From contig JAXDQS010000010.1 in assembly GCA_034667725.1 (NCBI GenBank), positions 217,937 through 281,936 on the forward strand: a stretch of 64,000 nt of DNA. The letters run 5' to 3'. A program made the position numbers and the translations under genes. The first letter of the stretch is position 1, and each line of letters begins with the position of its first letter. The notes below the pieces were generated by a model that saw only the letters and a program-made list of their open reading frames with translations, did not search any database and was not told the origin of the DNA. The stretch comes from Thermoplasmata archaeon (GTDB lineage: Archaea; Thermoplasmatota; E2; JACPAO01; JAHFTW01). Shown in pieces: positions 17,794-26,964 of this stretch.

Positions 17794-19233
17794 ATGCGCG
17801 TGCTTGCCGTCCTCCTCCTTGCCCTCCTGGTCCTGGTCCCCGCGGCCGACGCCCAGCACGCCCACGAGGAGGGCGGCAGCGTGCGCATCCTTGCGGAGGG
17901 GCCGGTCCACGCCGGCGTCCTGGCCGGCTTCGCCGCCTTGGCCTTGGGCGACGACGACGCGCCGGACTTCCACCAGCAGAACCACCTGCGCGTGACGCAG
18001 GGCGGCCTGGTGCTGTTCGAGACCACGCCCGACTCCGGCCACGACTACGACGGTGTTGCCCGCTTCGCGCTCGCCTTCCCCGCCCCTGGGCCGTACCGCG
18101 TCGAGGCGCTGGACGACGCCGGCGCGGTCCTCGGCGCGCTGGAGGGCGAAGCGTTGCCCGTCCCCACCGAGGCCGGGACCTTGGCCGTCGCCCACAGCCT
18201 GGTCGACGGCATGGTGCGCTTCGACGCCATCGTGTCCGTCGGCGGCGTCCAGGTGCCGTCCCGGCTGCAGCTCGAGGCGATGGCGGACGGGAAGCCCGCG
18301 GCCCGCCTCGCGACCGTGGCCGTCGCGCACGTGGTGGAGCTTGGGCTCGACCCCGGCGTGACCTACCGGTTCCGCCTGCTCGCGACCCCGCTCGACGCGC
18401 CGTTCGCGCCCGTCGTCCACGAGGAGACGTTCGCTGTCGAGGCCGCCCCGCGCGCCGACCCGCCCGCCCTGCCGTCCCCCAGCCCCATGCCGGGCAACGC
18501 CGTGGTGCGCGCCGGCGCGGGCAACGCCACCCTGCTCGGCACCTACGACCCCTGGACCGCGGTCGGCCCGGACACCCGCGCCCGCTTCGCCGCCGTCGGC
18601 CCCGCCGGCCCCATCGCCGTCCGGATGCACGACGCCGCCGGCCGGGTCCTGCTGGCCACCGACCAGCTCGCCGGCCCCGTCGCCGAGGTCACGACCACCC
18701 GCCCGCCCGGCGCCTACACCATCGCGTACACCGCCGGCGGCGAAACCGTCGAGCTGCCGTGGACCGTGCTGCCGCCCAGCGACCCGTCCGCCGTCGGCCC
18801 GCAGGACCTCGTCTTCACCGCCCCCGCCGCCCAGGCCGGCGTCCCGTTCGACCTCGCGCTGGCCTCGCACGACCTCGCCGGCCGCCCGTTCGACCACACC
18901 GAGGTCGAGCTCGAGGTCGCCCGCGCCGGCGTCCCCGTCGTCCAGGCCAAGCTGCACACCCACGGCGACGGCAGCTTCCCGCTCCGCCTCGCCCTTCAGG
19001 AAGGGCGCCAGGACGTGCGCGCCCAGGTCTACCCGCTGGAGGCGCGCACCGCCCTGGCCGGCCCCGCCCTGCTGGCAAGCTTCGACGTGGCCCCCGGCGC
19101 CCCCGCCGAGCCCACCCCTGCCCCACAGGACCAAGAGGCCGAGGCGGCGCCCTTGGGCGCGCCCCTGGCCGTGCTGGCCGTGCTGGCGGCGGGCGGGCTG
19201 CGGCGCGGGGGCCGCGGCTGCAAAGGATTTTGA
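17794..19233 (+). CDS. Secreted protein with C-terminal membrane-anchor tail
   Basis: Signal peptide MRVLAVLLLALLVLVPAADA; C-terminus GAPLAVLAVLAAGGLRRGGRGCKGF (short motif, hydrophobic helix, basic end). Confidence 0.5.
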   Translation: MRVLAVLLLALLVLVPAADAQHAHEEGGSVRILAEGPVHAGVLAGFAALALGDDDAPDFHQQNHLRVTQGGLVLFETTPDSGHDYDGVARFALAFPAPGPYRVEALDDAGAVLGALEGEALPVPTEAGTLAVAHSLVDGMVRFDAIVSVGGVQVPSRLQLEAMADGKPAARLATVAVAHVVELGLDPGVTYRFRLLATPLDAPFAPVVHEETFAVEAAPRADPPALPSPSPMPGNAVVRAGAGNATLLGTYDPWTAVGPDTRARFAAVGPAGPIAVRMHDAAGRVLLATDQLAGPVAEVTTTRPPGAYTIAYTAGGETVELPWTVLPPSDPSAVGPQDLVFTAPAAQAGVPFDLALASHDLAGRPFDHTEVELEVARAGVPVVQAKLHTHGDGSFPLRLALQEGRQDVRAQVYPLEARTALAGPALLASFDVAPGAPAEPTPAPQDQEAEAAPLGAPLAVLAVLAAGGLRRGGRGCKGF

Positions 19234-19265
19234 GGCACCAGCGCCGTGGGCCGCTCGGTCTGTCG

Positions 19266-21383
19266 ATGCGTCCAGCGATGCTGCTTCCAGCCTTGGCCCT
19301 GGTGGGCCTGGGGCTTCTCACGATGATCCCGCACGAGGCCCAGGCCCAGGCGGTCATCGACAACGGCTTCGTCCAGGTCGGCGTCCGCGCCGACGGCGCC
19401 CTCATCGCCTCCCCGGTCTCGACCGACGGCGACTGCACCGTCGTCGGCGGCGTCACGGTCTGCACCGGCGGCGCCGGCACGGGCCTGGTCGGCCTGCGCC
19501 ACATGGCCACCGGCTACGAGTCGACGGCCGACGGCTGCGCCTGCGAGACCTGGGGCGTGTCGTACGACGGCGCCGTGTCGGGCTACGCCCGCAGCGGCAG
19601 CGCCGGCCCCGGCTCCGGCCTCACGCCGGTGGCGTTCTCGAACACCGCCAGCACCGCCGTGGCCACCGTGCGCGCCGGCGACCTGCTGGTCACCCACGAC
19701 TTCCACCCGACGGCACTCACCAACGACCTGTACGAGGTCAACGTCACCATCGAGAACACCGGCCCCGCCCACGTCGACCTGCGCTACCGCCGCGCCATGG
19801 ACTGGGACATCCAGCCCACCGCCTTCAGCGAGTTCGTCACCATCGAGGCCAAGAGCCCGCTGCCGACCGCGCTGTCCTGCTCCAGCGACGACGGCTTCGC
19901 CACCGGCAACCCCCTCAGCGGCCTCGGCTCGATCCTGATGTACGGCCCCGGCTGCGGCTCCGACTTCATCGACTCCGGCCCGAGCGACCACGGCGCCGCC
20001 TTCGACTTCCACTTCGGCGTCATCGCGGCCAGCGAGAAGCGCGAGTTCCGCATCTACTACGGCGCCGCCTCCTCCGAGATCGACGCCTACGCCGCCATGG
20101 CCGCGGTGGGCGCCGGCGTCTGGACCTTCGGGCAGTGCAACCCGGGCAGCAACCCCGCCTGCGACACCAGCACGGGCGCGCCGGCCACCTTCATGTTCGG
20201 CTTCGACGACGTCGACATCATCCCGGTCAAGCCCGCCAACATCCCGCCCGTCGCCGCCGGCACCTACCTCGCCCGCACCGCCTGCGAGGACTCCCGCGTC
20301 TCGTTCGACGGGAGCAAGAGCACCGACCCCGACGGCTTCGTCCGCACCCACGCCTGGACCTTCGGCGACGGCGGCAACGCCACCGGCGAGAAGGTCGACC
20401 ACCTCTACAAGGCGCCGGGCCCCTACACCGTGACGCACACTGTGATGGACAACAACGGCGCCCTCACCACCCGCACCTTCACCATCGTGAGCGCCGGCGA
20501 CCCCGACTGCTGCCTCAACCTCAACCCGGTCCCGCCCATCGACGCGATGGAGTTCGACGCCGTCGGCTTCCTGCCCATCGTCTGGGACTTCGAGGACGGC
20601 CCCTACAGCTTCGACCTGTTCCCGCTGCCGACGGGCGCCACCTTCAACCCCGCCACCGGAGAGTTCGGCTGGCCCACCGCGGCCGGCGACGCTGGCGCCT
20701 ACACCCTCACCCTGCTGGCCACGGACGGCGGCGGCTGCACCGTCGGCACCGAGGTCGACATCGCCGTCCGCCCGTACCCGCCGCCGCTGCCGCCCGCCGA
20801 GGACCATGACCTCGACGGCATCGCCAACGCGCAGGACAACTGCCCCGACCGCGTCAACCGCGACCAGGGCGACGCCGACCGCGACGGCCTCGGCGACCTG
20901 TGCGACGACGACCCCGGCCTCACGGGCCCGGAGGCCGAGGCCGCGCGCCGGCTGCGCGCCGGCGGCGCGCGCGACCGCGACCGCGACGGGGTCGCCGACG
21001 TGGCCGACGTCTGCCCCGACGTGGCCGACCGCGACCAGAAGGACCTCGACGGCGACCGCCTCGGCGACCTGTGCGACCCGGACGCCGACGGCGACACGGT
21101 GCGCGACCAGCCCGCCGCCGGCATCCCGGCCGACAACTGCCTCCAACTGGCCAACGCGGACCAGGCCGACGCGGACGGCGACGGCGTCGGCGACGCCTGC
21201 GCCGCCGACCGCCTCGCCGCCGCCCAGGCGCGCAGCAGCGACGCCGAAGGCCGGCCCGCCGTCCTGGCCGCCGAGCAAGGCGGCCTCGGCTCGGGCGCCA
21301 AGGCGTTCATGCTGGCGTTCGCCGCCGCAGGCCTCCTGGGCCTGCTGGTGGTCTTGGCCATCCTGCGCCGCAACGAAGCGTAG
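19266..21383 (+). CDS. Surface protein with PKD domain, Ig-like domain, TSP3 calcium-binding repeats and C-terminal TM anchor
   Basis: Signal peptide; PKD motif (FDGSKSTDPDGFVRTHAWTFGDGGNATGEKVDHLYKAPGPYTVTHTV); Asp-rich DxDxDGxxDxxDNCP repeats; C-terminal AFMLAFAAAGLLGLLVVLAILRRNEA. Paralogous to 57188..59221 and 61203..63659. Confidence 0.6.
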   Translation: MRPAMLLPALALVGLGLLTMIPHEAQAQAVIDNGFVQVGVRADGALIASPVSTDGDCTVVGGVTVCTGGAGTGLVGLRHMATGYESTADGCACETWGVSYDGAVSGYARSGSAGPGSGLTPVAFSNTASTAVATVRAGDLLVTHDFHPTALTNDLYEVNVTIENTGPAHVDLRYRRAMDWDIQPTAFSEFVTIEAKSPLPTALSCSSDDGFATGNPLSGLGSILMYGPGCGSDFIDSGPSDHGAAFDFHFGVIAASEKREFRIYYGAASSEIDAYAAMAAVGAGVWTFGQCNPGSNPACDTSTGAPATFMFGFDDVDIIPVKPANIPPVAAGTYLARTACEDSRVSFDGSKSTDPDGFVRTHAWTFGDGGNATGEKVDHLYKAPGPYTVTHTVMDNNGALTTRTFTIVSAGDPDCCLNLNPVPPIDAMEFDAVGFLPIVWDFEDGPYSFDLFPLPTGATFNPATGEFGWPTAAGDAGAYTLTLLATDGGGCTVGTEVDIAVRPYPPPLPPAEDHDLDGIANAQDNCPDRVNRDQGDADRDGLGDLCDDDPGLTGPEAEAARRLRAGGARDRDRDGVADVADVCPDVADRDQKDLDGDRLGDLCDPDADGDTVRDQPAAGIPADNCLQLANADQADADGDGVGDACAADRLAAAQARSSDAEGRPAVLAAEQGGLGSGAKAFMLAFAAAGLLGLLVVLAILRRNEA

Positions 21384-21438
21384 CCGAAAAAATCGAAGGA
21401 AACGGAAGGAAAAGGGAAGAAGGGAATGTCAGCTTGGC
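21384..21438 (-). terminator. T-rich/pyrimidine-rich tract downstream of the minus-strand gene
   Basis: Minus-strand reading ...cattcccttcttcccttttccttccgtttccttcgattttttcgg directly after the stop of 21439..22041. Confidence 0.3.
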
Positions 21439-22041
21439 TCAGAACAGGCTCGCGACCCCGGACACCATGCCGGAGAAGAACGCCTCGACCTGGCCCATGA
21501 AGCTCGCGTCGGCCTCGACGTCCGCCTGGGCGTCGACCGAGGCGTCCGCCTGCAGGCCCGCGTCGAGCTGGGCGTCGGCCGCGACGTCCGCGTCGACCGC
21601 CGCGTGGGCGTCCGCGGCCACGTTGGCGGCCGCGTCGAGCGCGCCGTCGACCGTGCCGTGGACCGTCGACTGGGCGGTCGCGGTGGCGGTGCCGGCCAGG
21701 CCGAGGCCCGTGCCGAGGGCACCGGTGGCGGTCGCCTGCGCGTCCGCCGTCACGTCGGCCGCGGCGTGGGCCGCGGCGTCGAGCTGGGCGTCGGCGTCGA
21801 CGCTGGCGTCGAGGGCCGCGTCGAGGTTGGCGTCGACGTTGGCGTCAAGGCTGGCGTCCGCATCCGCGGCGGCGTCCAGGCCAGCGTCCGCGGCGGCGTC
21901 GGCGGCAGCGTCCGCCGCGCCGGTCGCGCCGAGGCCGAGCATGGCCGTGCCCGGGATGGCCAGGGCCAGCAGGGCAGTCAGGGCAAGGGCAGCAAGGCCC
22001 GCCTTCTTCCAGGGTTTCTTGGGGGTGTGTTGGGGTTCCAT
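21439..22041 (-). CDS. Ala/Asp-rich low-complexity secreted protein
   Basis: Signal peptide after the internal Met (MEPQHTPKKPWKKAGLAALALTALLALAIPGTA), then ~150 aa of D-A-rich degenerate repeats; hydrophobic C-terminus. Confidence 0.4.
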   Translation of the reverse strand: MEPQHTPKKPWKKAGLAALALTALLALAIPGTAMLGLGATGAADAAADAAADAGLDAAADADASLDANVDANLDAALDASVDADAQLDAAAHAAADVTADAQATATGALGTGLGLAGTATATAQSTVHGTVDGALDAAANVAADAHAAVDADVAADAQLDAGLQADASVDAQADVEADASFMGQVEAFFSGMVSGVASLF

Positions 22042-22252
22042 CGGGGTCACCTTGTCTCCTGGTCCGACGGCGCGGCACATAAGGCGACGCGATACGCCGG
22101 GAAACTCCCAGCACCTCCTCAGGCAGGCTTATCTACGAACCATCCTGAGCCGGCCCCCGACGCCTGTGCCGGGTCCCCCCGGGTCGGTCGTTGAAAGATG
22201 AAGGAGGGCGGGGCGCCACCGCGGCCCAAACTCCCTATGGAGACAGACAACT

Positions 22253-22621
22253 ATGGCAATGTTCGTTCGTTTTGAGACCCCCAAGGAGCTTGGGGCGCAG
22301 ATCTACGAGACCATCGAGAAGGCCCGCAGCACGGGCCGGGTCGCCAAGGGCGCCAACGAGGTCACGAAGCAGGTGGAGCGCGGCGTGGCGAAGTTCGTCG
22401 TCATGGCCGAGGACGTCACCCCCGAGGAGATCCTCGCCCACATCCCGCTTTTGTGCGAGGAGAAGGGCATCCCCTACGGCTACGTCCCCTCCAAGGCCGA
22501 GCTCGGCAACGCCGCCGGCCTCGCCGTCGGCACCGCCGCGGTCGCCATCGTCGACGCCGGCACCGCCGCCGAGTCCGTCGAGGACGTCGCCAAGAAGACC
22601 AGCGCCCTCAAGAGCGCGTAA
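22253..22621 (+). CDS. rpl7ae: Ribosomal protein L7Ae
   Basis: 122 aa; the [37 protein letters not shown] region is the conserved L7Ae/L30e fold signature. Confidence 0.85.
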   Translation: MAMFVRFETPKELGAQIYETIEKARSTGRVAKGANEVTKQVERGVAKFVVMAEDVTPEEILAHIPLLCEEKGIPYGYVPSKAELGNAAGLAVGTAAVAIVDAGTAAESVEDVAKKTSALKSA

Positions 22622-22634
22622 GGAGGCAGTTCCC

Positions 22635-22973
22635 ATGGCTGAAGAAGCGAAGAAGGGCAAGGCCCCCGCCGACGACAAGCCGGCGAAGGCGGCCAAGGCC
22701 CCGAAGGACGCCGACGCGGCACCCGCCTCGGCACCCGCCACGCCCCAGGCCGGCGAGACCGACGCCTTCCCCGCGGAGGTCGTCGAGGTCGTCTCGCGCG
22801 GCGGCATGACCGGCGAGGTCACCCTCGTCAAGGTCCGCGTCCTTGCGGGCCGCGACAAGGGCCGCATCATCGCCCGCAACGCGATGGGCCCCATCCAGAT
22901 GGGCGACATCCTGATGCTGCGCGAGACCGAGCGCGAGGCGCGCACCATCGGCGGCGGGGGTCGGAAGAAGTGA
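22635..22973 (+). CDS. rps28e: Ribosomal protein S28e with Lys/Ala-rich N-terminal extension
   Basis: C-terminal 70 aa ([57 protein letters not shown]) is canonical S28e. AGGAGG at 22621-22626 precedes the ATG. N-terminal ~40 aa is KA-rich. Confidence 0.8.
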   Translation: MAEEAKKGKAPADDKPAKAAKAPKDADAAPASAPATPQAGETDAFPAEVVEVVSRGGMTGEVTLVKVRVLAGRDKGRIIARNAMGPIQMGDILMLRETEREARTIGGGGRKK

Positions 22974-23281
22974 GCAACTGCTCCTTCTGCGGCAAGCCCG
23001 TCGAGGCCGGCACCGGCAAGATGTACATCAAGCGGGACGCGACCGTGTTCCACTTCTGCAGCAGCAAGTGCCAGCGCAACCAGGTCGAGCTCGGCCGCGT
23101 CAACCGGCACGTCGGCTGGACCAAGGCCTACGCCGAGCACAAGGGCGACCGCCAGACGACGTCCGCCCGCGCCGCCGGCAAGGGCACCGCGACCGGCAAG
23201 GCCGTCGCCGCCGCCAAGCCTGCCAAGCCCGCGAAGCCCGCCAAGGCCGCCAAGAAGACGGCCGAGGCCCAGGCCGAGTAA
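22970..23281 (+). CDS. rpl24e: Ribosomal protein L24e
   Basis: [37 protein letters not shown] zinc-ribbon N-terminus; GTG start overlaps the S28e stop. Confidence 0.85.
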   Translation: MSNCSFCGKPVEAGTGKMYIKRDATVFHFCSSKCQRNQVELGRVNRHVGWTKAYAEHKGDRQTTSARAAGKGTATGKAVAAAKPAKPAKPAKAAKKTAEAQAE

Positions 23282-23294
23282 GCGCGCGCCAGCG

Positions 23295-23328
23295 CCTCCT
23301 TTTTCCCTCTCCTTCCTCCCCTCTTTTG
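23295..23328 (+). terminator. Pyrimidine-rich T-tract after the ribosomal protein operon
   Basis: cctcctttttccctctccttcctcccctcttttg shares the CTCCTTTTTCC core with the tracts at 2041 and 28070. Confidence 0.3.
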
Positions 23329-23351
23329 AACGCGGCCGGCTTCGGCGCCCC

Positions 23352-23906
23352 GTGGCCCTGACGCCGTCCACGATGGTGGAGCTCGGCACGCCCGCCCCCG
23401 ACTTCGCGCTGCCCGACACCGAGGGCCGCGCCGTCCGCCGCGCCGACTTCGCGGGCCGGCCGCTGCTGGTGATGTTCCTCTGCAACCACTGCCCCTACGT
23501 CAAGCACGTCGCCAAGGGGCTCGCCGACGCCACCGCCAAATACCTCCAGAAGGGGCTCGCCGTGGTCGCCATCAACGCCAACGACGCCGAGCGCTACCCC
23601 GAGGACTCCCCCGCCAACATGCGTCGCGAGGCCCGCGACCGCGGCTACCGCTTCCCCTACCTGTTCGACGAGACCCAGGAAGTGGCCCGCGCCTACCACG
23701 CCGCCTGCACGCCGGACTTCTTCCTCTACGGCCGCGACCACCGCCTGGTCTACCGCGGCCAGTTCGACGACTCGCGCCCAGGCAACGGCAAGCCCGTGAC
23801 CGGCATCGACCTCACGATGGCCGTGGAAGGATTGCTGGCGGGCCGGGCGCCGATCGAGCCGCAGGTGGCGTCGATGGGATGCAACATCAAGTGGAAGGCG
23901 GCCTAG
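23352..23906 (+). CDS. Thioredoxin-fold thiol-disulfide oxidoreductase / peroxiredoxin-like protein
   Basis: CxxC-type motif in FLCNHCPYV within a thioredoxin-like fold signature; start may be the ATG at 23373. Confidence 0.6.
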   Translation: MALTPSTMVELGTPAPDFALPDTEGRAVRRADFAGRPLLVMFLCNHCPYVKHVAKGLADATAKYLQKGLAVVAINANDAERYPEDSPANMRREARDRGYRFPYLFDETQEVARAYHAACTPDFFLYGRDHRLVYRGQFDDSRPGNGKPVTGIDLTMAVEGLLAGRAPIEPQVASMGCNIKWKAA

Positions 23907-23994
23907 CGCGAGGACGAAGCGCCGGTCGTGCCCTTCACACCCCAAAGCCTTGCCGGTCCTTCGCATCGGCACGCCCAAATGACGGGGCCGAATC

Positions 23995-24330
23995 GTGCAG
24001 GCCGTGGTGACGTACCGGGCGGTGGCCTTCGCGCTGGGCGCCCTGGGGCTGCTGGCGTTCGCCGCCGCCGGCGTGCTGGCCCTCACCGCGCAGCCGGACG
24101 CGTCCTGCGGCGCCATCGTCACCTGCAAGCGGGAGTCGCTGGCGAAGCAGGAGTTCCCGGTGGCGCTCGCCGCCGCGTTGGGCGCGGCGCTGATGGCGGC
24201 GGCCGTGCTGTTCCTGTTCCTGCAGTTCCGCCAGGACCGGCGCCGGCCGAAGCGGGCGGCGGCCGCGGCGCCTGCGCGCTCGCATGGGCCCATCGTCACG
24301 ACGACGCGGCCGCGCCCGCCCCGGCCCTGA
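23995..24330 (+). CDS. Hypothetical small membrane protein
   Basis: 111-aa ORF with two hydrophobic helices and a basic C-terminal tail. Confidence 0.3.
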   Translation: MQAVVTYRAVAFALGALGLLAFAAAGVLALTAQPDASCGAIVTCKRESLAKQEFPVALAAALGAALMAAAVLFLFLQFRQDRRRPKRAAAAAPARSHGPIVTTTRPRPPRP

Positions 24331-25839
24331 TCACATCAAGGGCGGGATGTCGCCCGGCAGCCCCGACGCGGAGCCGGGCGCGTCGTCGGAGCCGCGCAGG
24401 CCGCGCTGGCTGCTGGCCCGCTTGCGGTAGCGCCCGTCGATGCGGAGCTGTTGGATCGCGGTCTCGAACGCGGCGGTGACGGCGATGCGCACCGGCGCCG
24501 CGGGGTCGAGCACGCCGTCGGCGTCGGGCAGCAGCGGCTCGACGATCGGGTCGTGGCCGGCGTTGGCCACCAGCAGGTCGGCCAGGCGGGCGAAGCCGTC
24601 GGCGGCGGCGCGCAACGCCCACGGCGTCTTGCCGGGCCCGGCGTCGGCCGCGGCGCGCAAGGCCTTGGCGAGGTGGCGCTGCCAGCGGCCGCCGCCCGGG
24701 ACGCAGGAGGGGTCGCCGAGGTGGGCGCCGGCGGCGCGCAGCAGGCGCTCGGCGTCGTCCTTGGCGCGGTCTTGCGCCATGGCGTTGTGCGCCGGCACGA
24801 CGAGGGTGGCGGACGGGCCGGCGCCCTGCACCATCCAGCCGGCGTGGCCGGGGCGGCGCACCAGGGTGCCTGTGCCCAAGTCGGCGGCCGTGGCCTCCTC
24901 CAGGCGCGGGACGGGGGTCGCGCCGGTGGCGCCGCGCAGGCGGTCGAGCGCGCTGCGCGGGGCGTCGTTCCACACGGTGATGCCGCGGGTGGCGGCGCGC
25001 TCGGCCAGCTCGGGGTTGACCTCGCGGGCGCAGACGACCAGGTTGACGCCGAGCCGCTGGAGGTGGCCGAGGGCCTCCGTGCGCCTGCGGTCCTCCCCGT
25101 CGGTCCAGGCCGCAAGCGCGTGGTCGGCCGTCATGCGGTAGGACATGCGCTCGTTCCATGGGCCGGGCTTCCAGTCGTCGGTCAGGAGCAGCACGCGCAC
25201 CGGCGTCGCGGCGGGCACGTCGCGCGGGAGGTGCTGGGGCGCCACCGCGACGCCGGGCAGCCAGGCGGGGCCGTCGGCCTCGGCCCGCACGTCGACGGCG
25301 TCGAGCCGGATTTCGCCGTCGAGGCTGAGATGGGCGAGGCCGCGCAGCACGGTGGCGGCAAGGTCGGGCTGGCCCGGCAGCACGCTGCGCAGGCTGGCGC
25401 CGGCCGCGTCGCGGCTCGCCATGGCGTTGAGTTCCGCGCGCGCCTGGCGCAGCGCGAGCTGGTAGCCGTCGAGCAGGGCCGCGACCGGGACGCCGGCTTG
25501 CCGGGCGCGGTCGGCGGCCCGCATCAGGTGGGCCGCGAGCAGGATGGCGCCCGTCGCCTGGTCGCCCGCGTGCTCCTGGACGGCGTGCGCGAGGTCGAGG
25601 TACGGCTGCAGGTCGGGATGGCGGATGCCGGCCTCGCGCAGCGCCGAGGCGCCCGACTTGAGGATCCGGCCGGAGCCGTCGCCCTGCTCGATGCACTTGT
25701 CCAGGCCGTGCGGCCCGTAGGTGGGCCCCGCGAAGCCGGCGACCCAGTCCGCGACCCATGCCGTGACGGCCCGCTCCTCGCCCGCTTGGCCTTCCTCCAC
25801 GCGGCGCCGAAGCAAGGGCTTCCCAAAGGCTTTCAGCAA
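24331..25839 (-). CDS. Divergent group II chaperonin (thermosome/TCP-1 family) paralogue, probably ATPase-degenerate
   Basis: 502 aa. GPHGLDK (thermosome GPKGMDK), GASALREAGIRHP, apical-domain region and C-terminal VPGGG...LVANAGHDP...IQQLRID all align to thermosome signatures. The nucleotide-binding GDGTTT is replaced by GDQATG. Confidence 0.55.
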   Translation of the reverse strand: MLKAFGKPLLRRRVEEGQAGEERAVTAWVADWVAGFAGPTYGPHGLDKCIEQGDGSGRILKSGASALREAGIRHPDLQPYLDLAHAVQEHAGDQATGAILLAAHLMRAADRARQAGVPVAALLDGYQLALRQARAELNAMASRDAAGASLRSVLPGQPDLAATVLRGLAHLSLDGEIRLDAVDVRAEADGPAWLPGVAVAPQHLPRDVPAATPVRVLLLTDDWKPGPWNERMSYRMTADHALAAWTDGEDRRRTEALGHLQRLGVNLVVCAREVNPELAERAATRGITVWNDAPRSALDRLRGATGATPVPRLEEATAADLGTGTLVRRPGHAGWMVQGAGPSATLVVPAHNAMAQDRAKDDAERLLRAAGAHLGDPSCVPGGGRWQRHLAKALRAAADAGPGKTPWALRAAADGFARLADLLVANAGHDPIVEPLLPDADGVLDPAAPVRIAVTAAFETAIQQLRIDGRYRKRASSQRGLRGSDDAPGSASGLPGDIPPLM

Positions 25840-25859
25840 GACCTGCCTCGCGCGGCCCG

Positions 25860-26891
25860 ATGCAGCTCGAGGTGGCCCTCCTGGCCGTCGTCGCTGTCGG
25901 GACCGCCATTCTGGTGGTCGCCGCCGCCGGCCTGCTGTTCCGCATGGCCCGCCGCCACGCCGACGTCGTCCCCGCCGCCCGCGCCAAGGCCGTCGGCGCC
26001 CTCGTGGCCAGCCTGGTGCTCGGCGGCGTCGGCATCGTGGCCCTGCACGGCTTCGAGTCCGCCGGCCACGACGGCATCCACGCCACCTTCACCCAGAACC
26101 TCAACAAGACCGTCGGCGAGTCCGACTACCTCGAGGCCCAGAAGGCGCGCGTCAGCAAGACCAACGCCATCGACAACATCCTGCCCGCCAAGATCCTGGC
26201 CGCCCAAGACGCGGTCAACGCGACCCCGGAAGGCACCAAGCAGCGCACCAACGCCGAGGGCAACCTCACCGCCCTCCAGGCCGCCCTCGTCACCGCCCAC
26301 GCCGACCTTGCCGCCGCGGAGGCCACCATGAAGCGCCTCGCCGGCAACCACCTCCTCTGGCTCAAGGTCCAGCCGCACTTGGCCAAGCACACGCCCGAAG
26401 GCGACGCCGAGGCCCACGACCTCATCGAGCGCTCCCTGCACGCCAGCACCGTCGGCGGCGTCCTCTCCATCGGCCCCGACGGCGCCTGCGCCCGCGACGC
26501 CAAGACCGGCGACTGCACCCAGCCCGTCACCGCGGCGGCGCTCGAGCACGACTTCAAGGACTCCCACCAGCAGCCGCTCACCATGGAGCAGGGCTTCGAG
26601 GACGCCTACCACCACAAGGCGGAGTTCACCCACCAGATGGAGAGCCAGATGGCCTGGTTCTTCTACCCCAGCCTGACCGGCCTGTTCCTCGCGCCGTTCG
26701 CCTTCGTCGGCGGCCACTTCCTCAGCCGCGCCTTCGTCCCCAGCGACTCAGTCGGCTTCAAGAAGTACCCCGGCACCAGCGCCGGCTTCTTCCTGCTGCT
26801 GGGCGGGTTTGGCTTGCCGGCGCTGCCCTTCAGTGCATGGCTGCTGCGCGACTTCGCGAAGCGCAGCGCCGAAGGGCAGATCGCGCTGTAG
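25860..26891 (+). CDS. Hypothetical membrane protein
   Basis: 343 aa; N-terminal and C-terminal TM helices flank a soluble middle domain. No family recognised. Confidence 0.4.
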   Translation: MQLEVALLAVVAVGTAILVVAAAGLLFRMARRHADVVPAARAKAVGALVASLVLGGVGIVALHGFESAGHDGIHATFTQNLNKTVGESDYLEAQKARVSKTNAIDNILPAKILAAQDAVNATPEGTKQRTNAEGNLTALQAALVTAHADLAAAEATMKRLAGNHLLWLKVQPHLAKHTPEGDAEAHDLIERSLHASTVGGVLSIGPDGACARDAKTGDCTQPVTAAALEHDFKDSHQQPLTMEQGFEDAYHHKAEFTHQMESQMAWFFYPSLTGLFLAPFAFVGGHFLSRAFVPSDSVGFKKYPGTSAGFFLLLGGFGLPALPFSAWLLRDFAKRSAEGQIAL

Positions 26892-26964
26892 GACACGCGG
26901 GTGTAGCCACATCGGCCGCAAGCCTGAACCCTTGCCTTGCACCTGCCGCCACGGTCGGTCGGAC

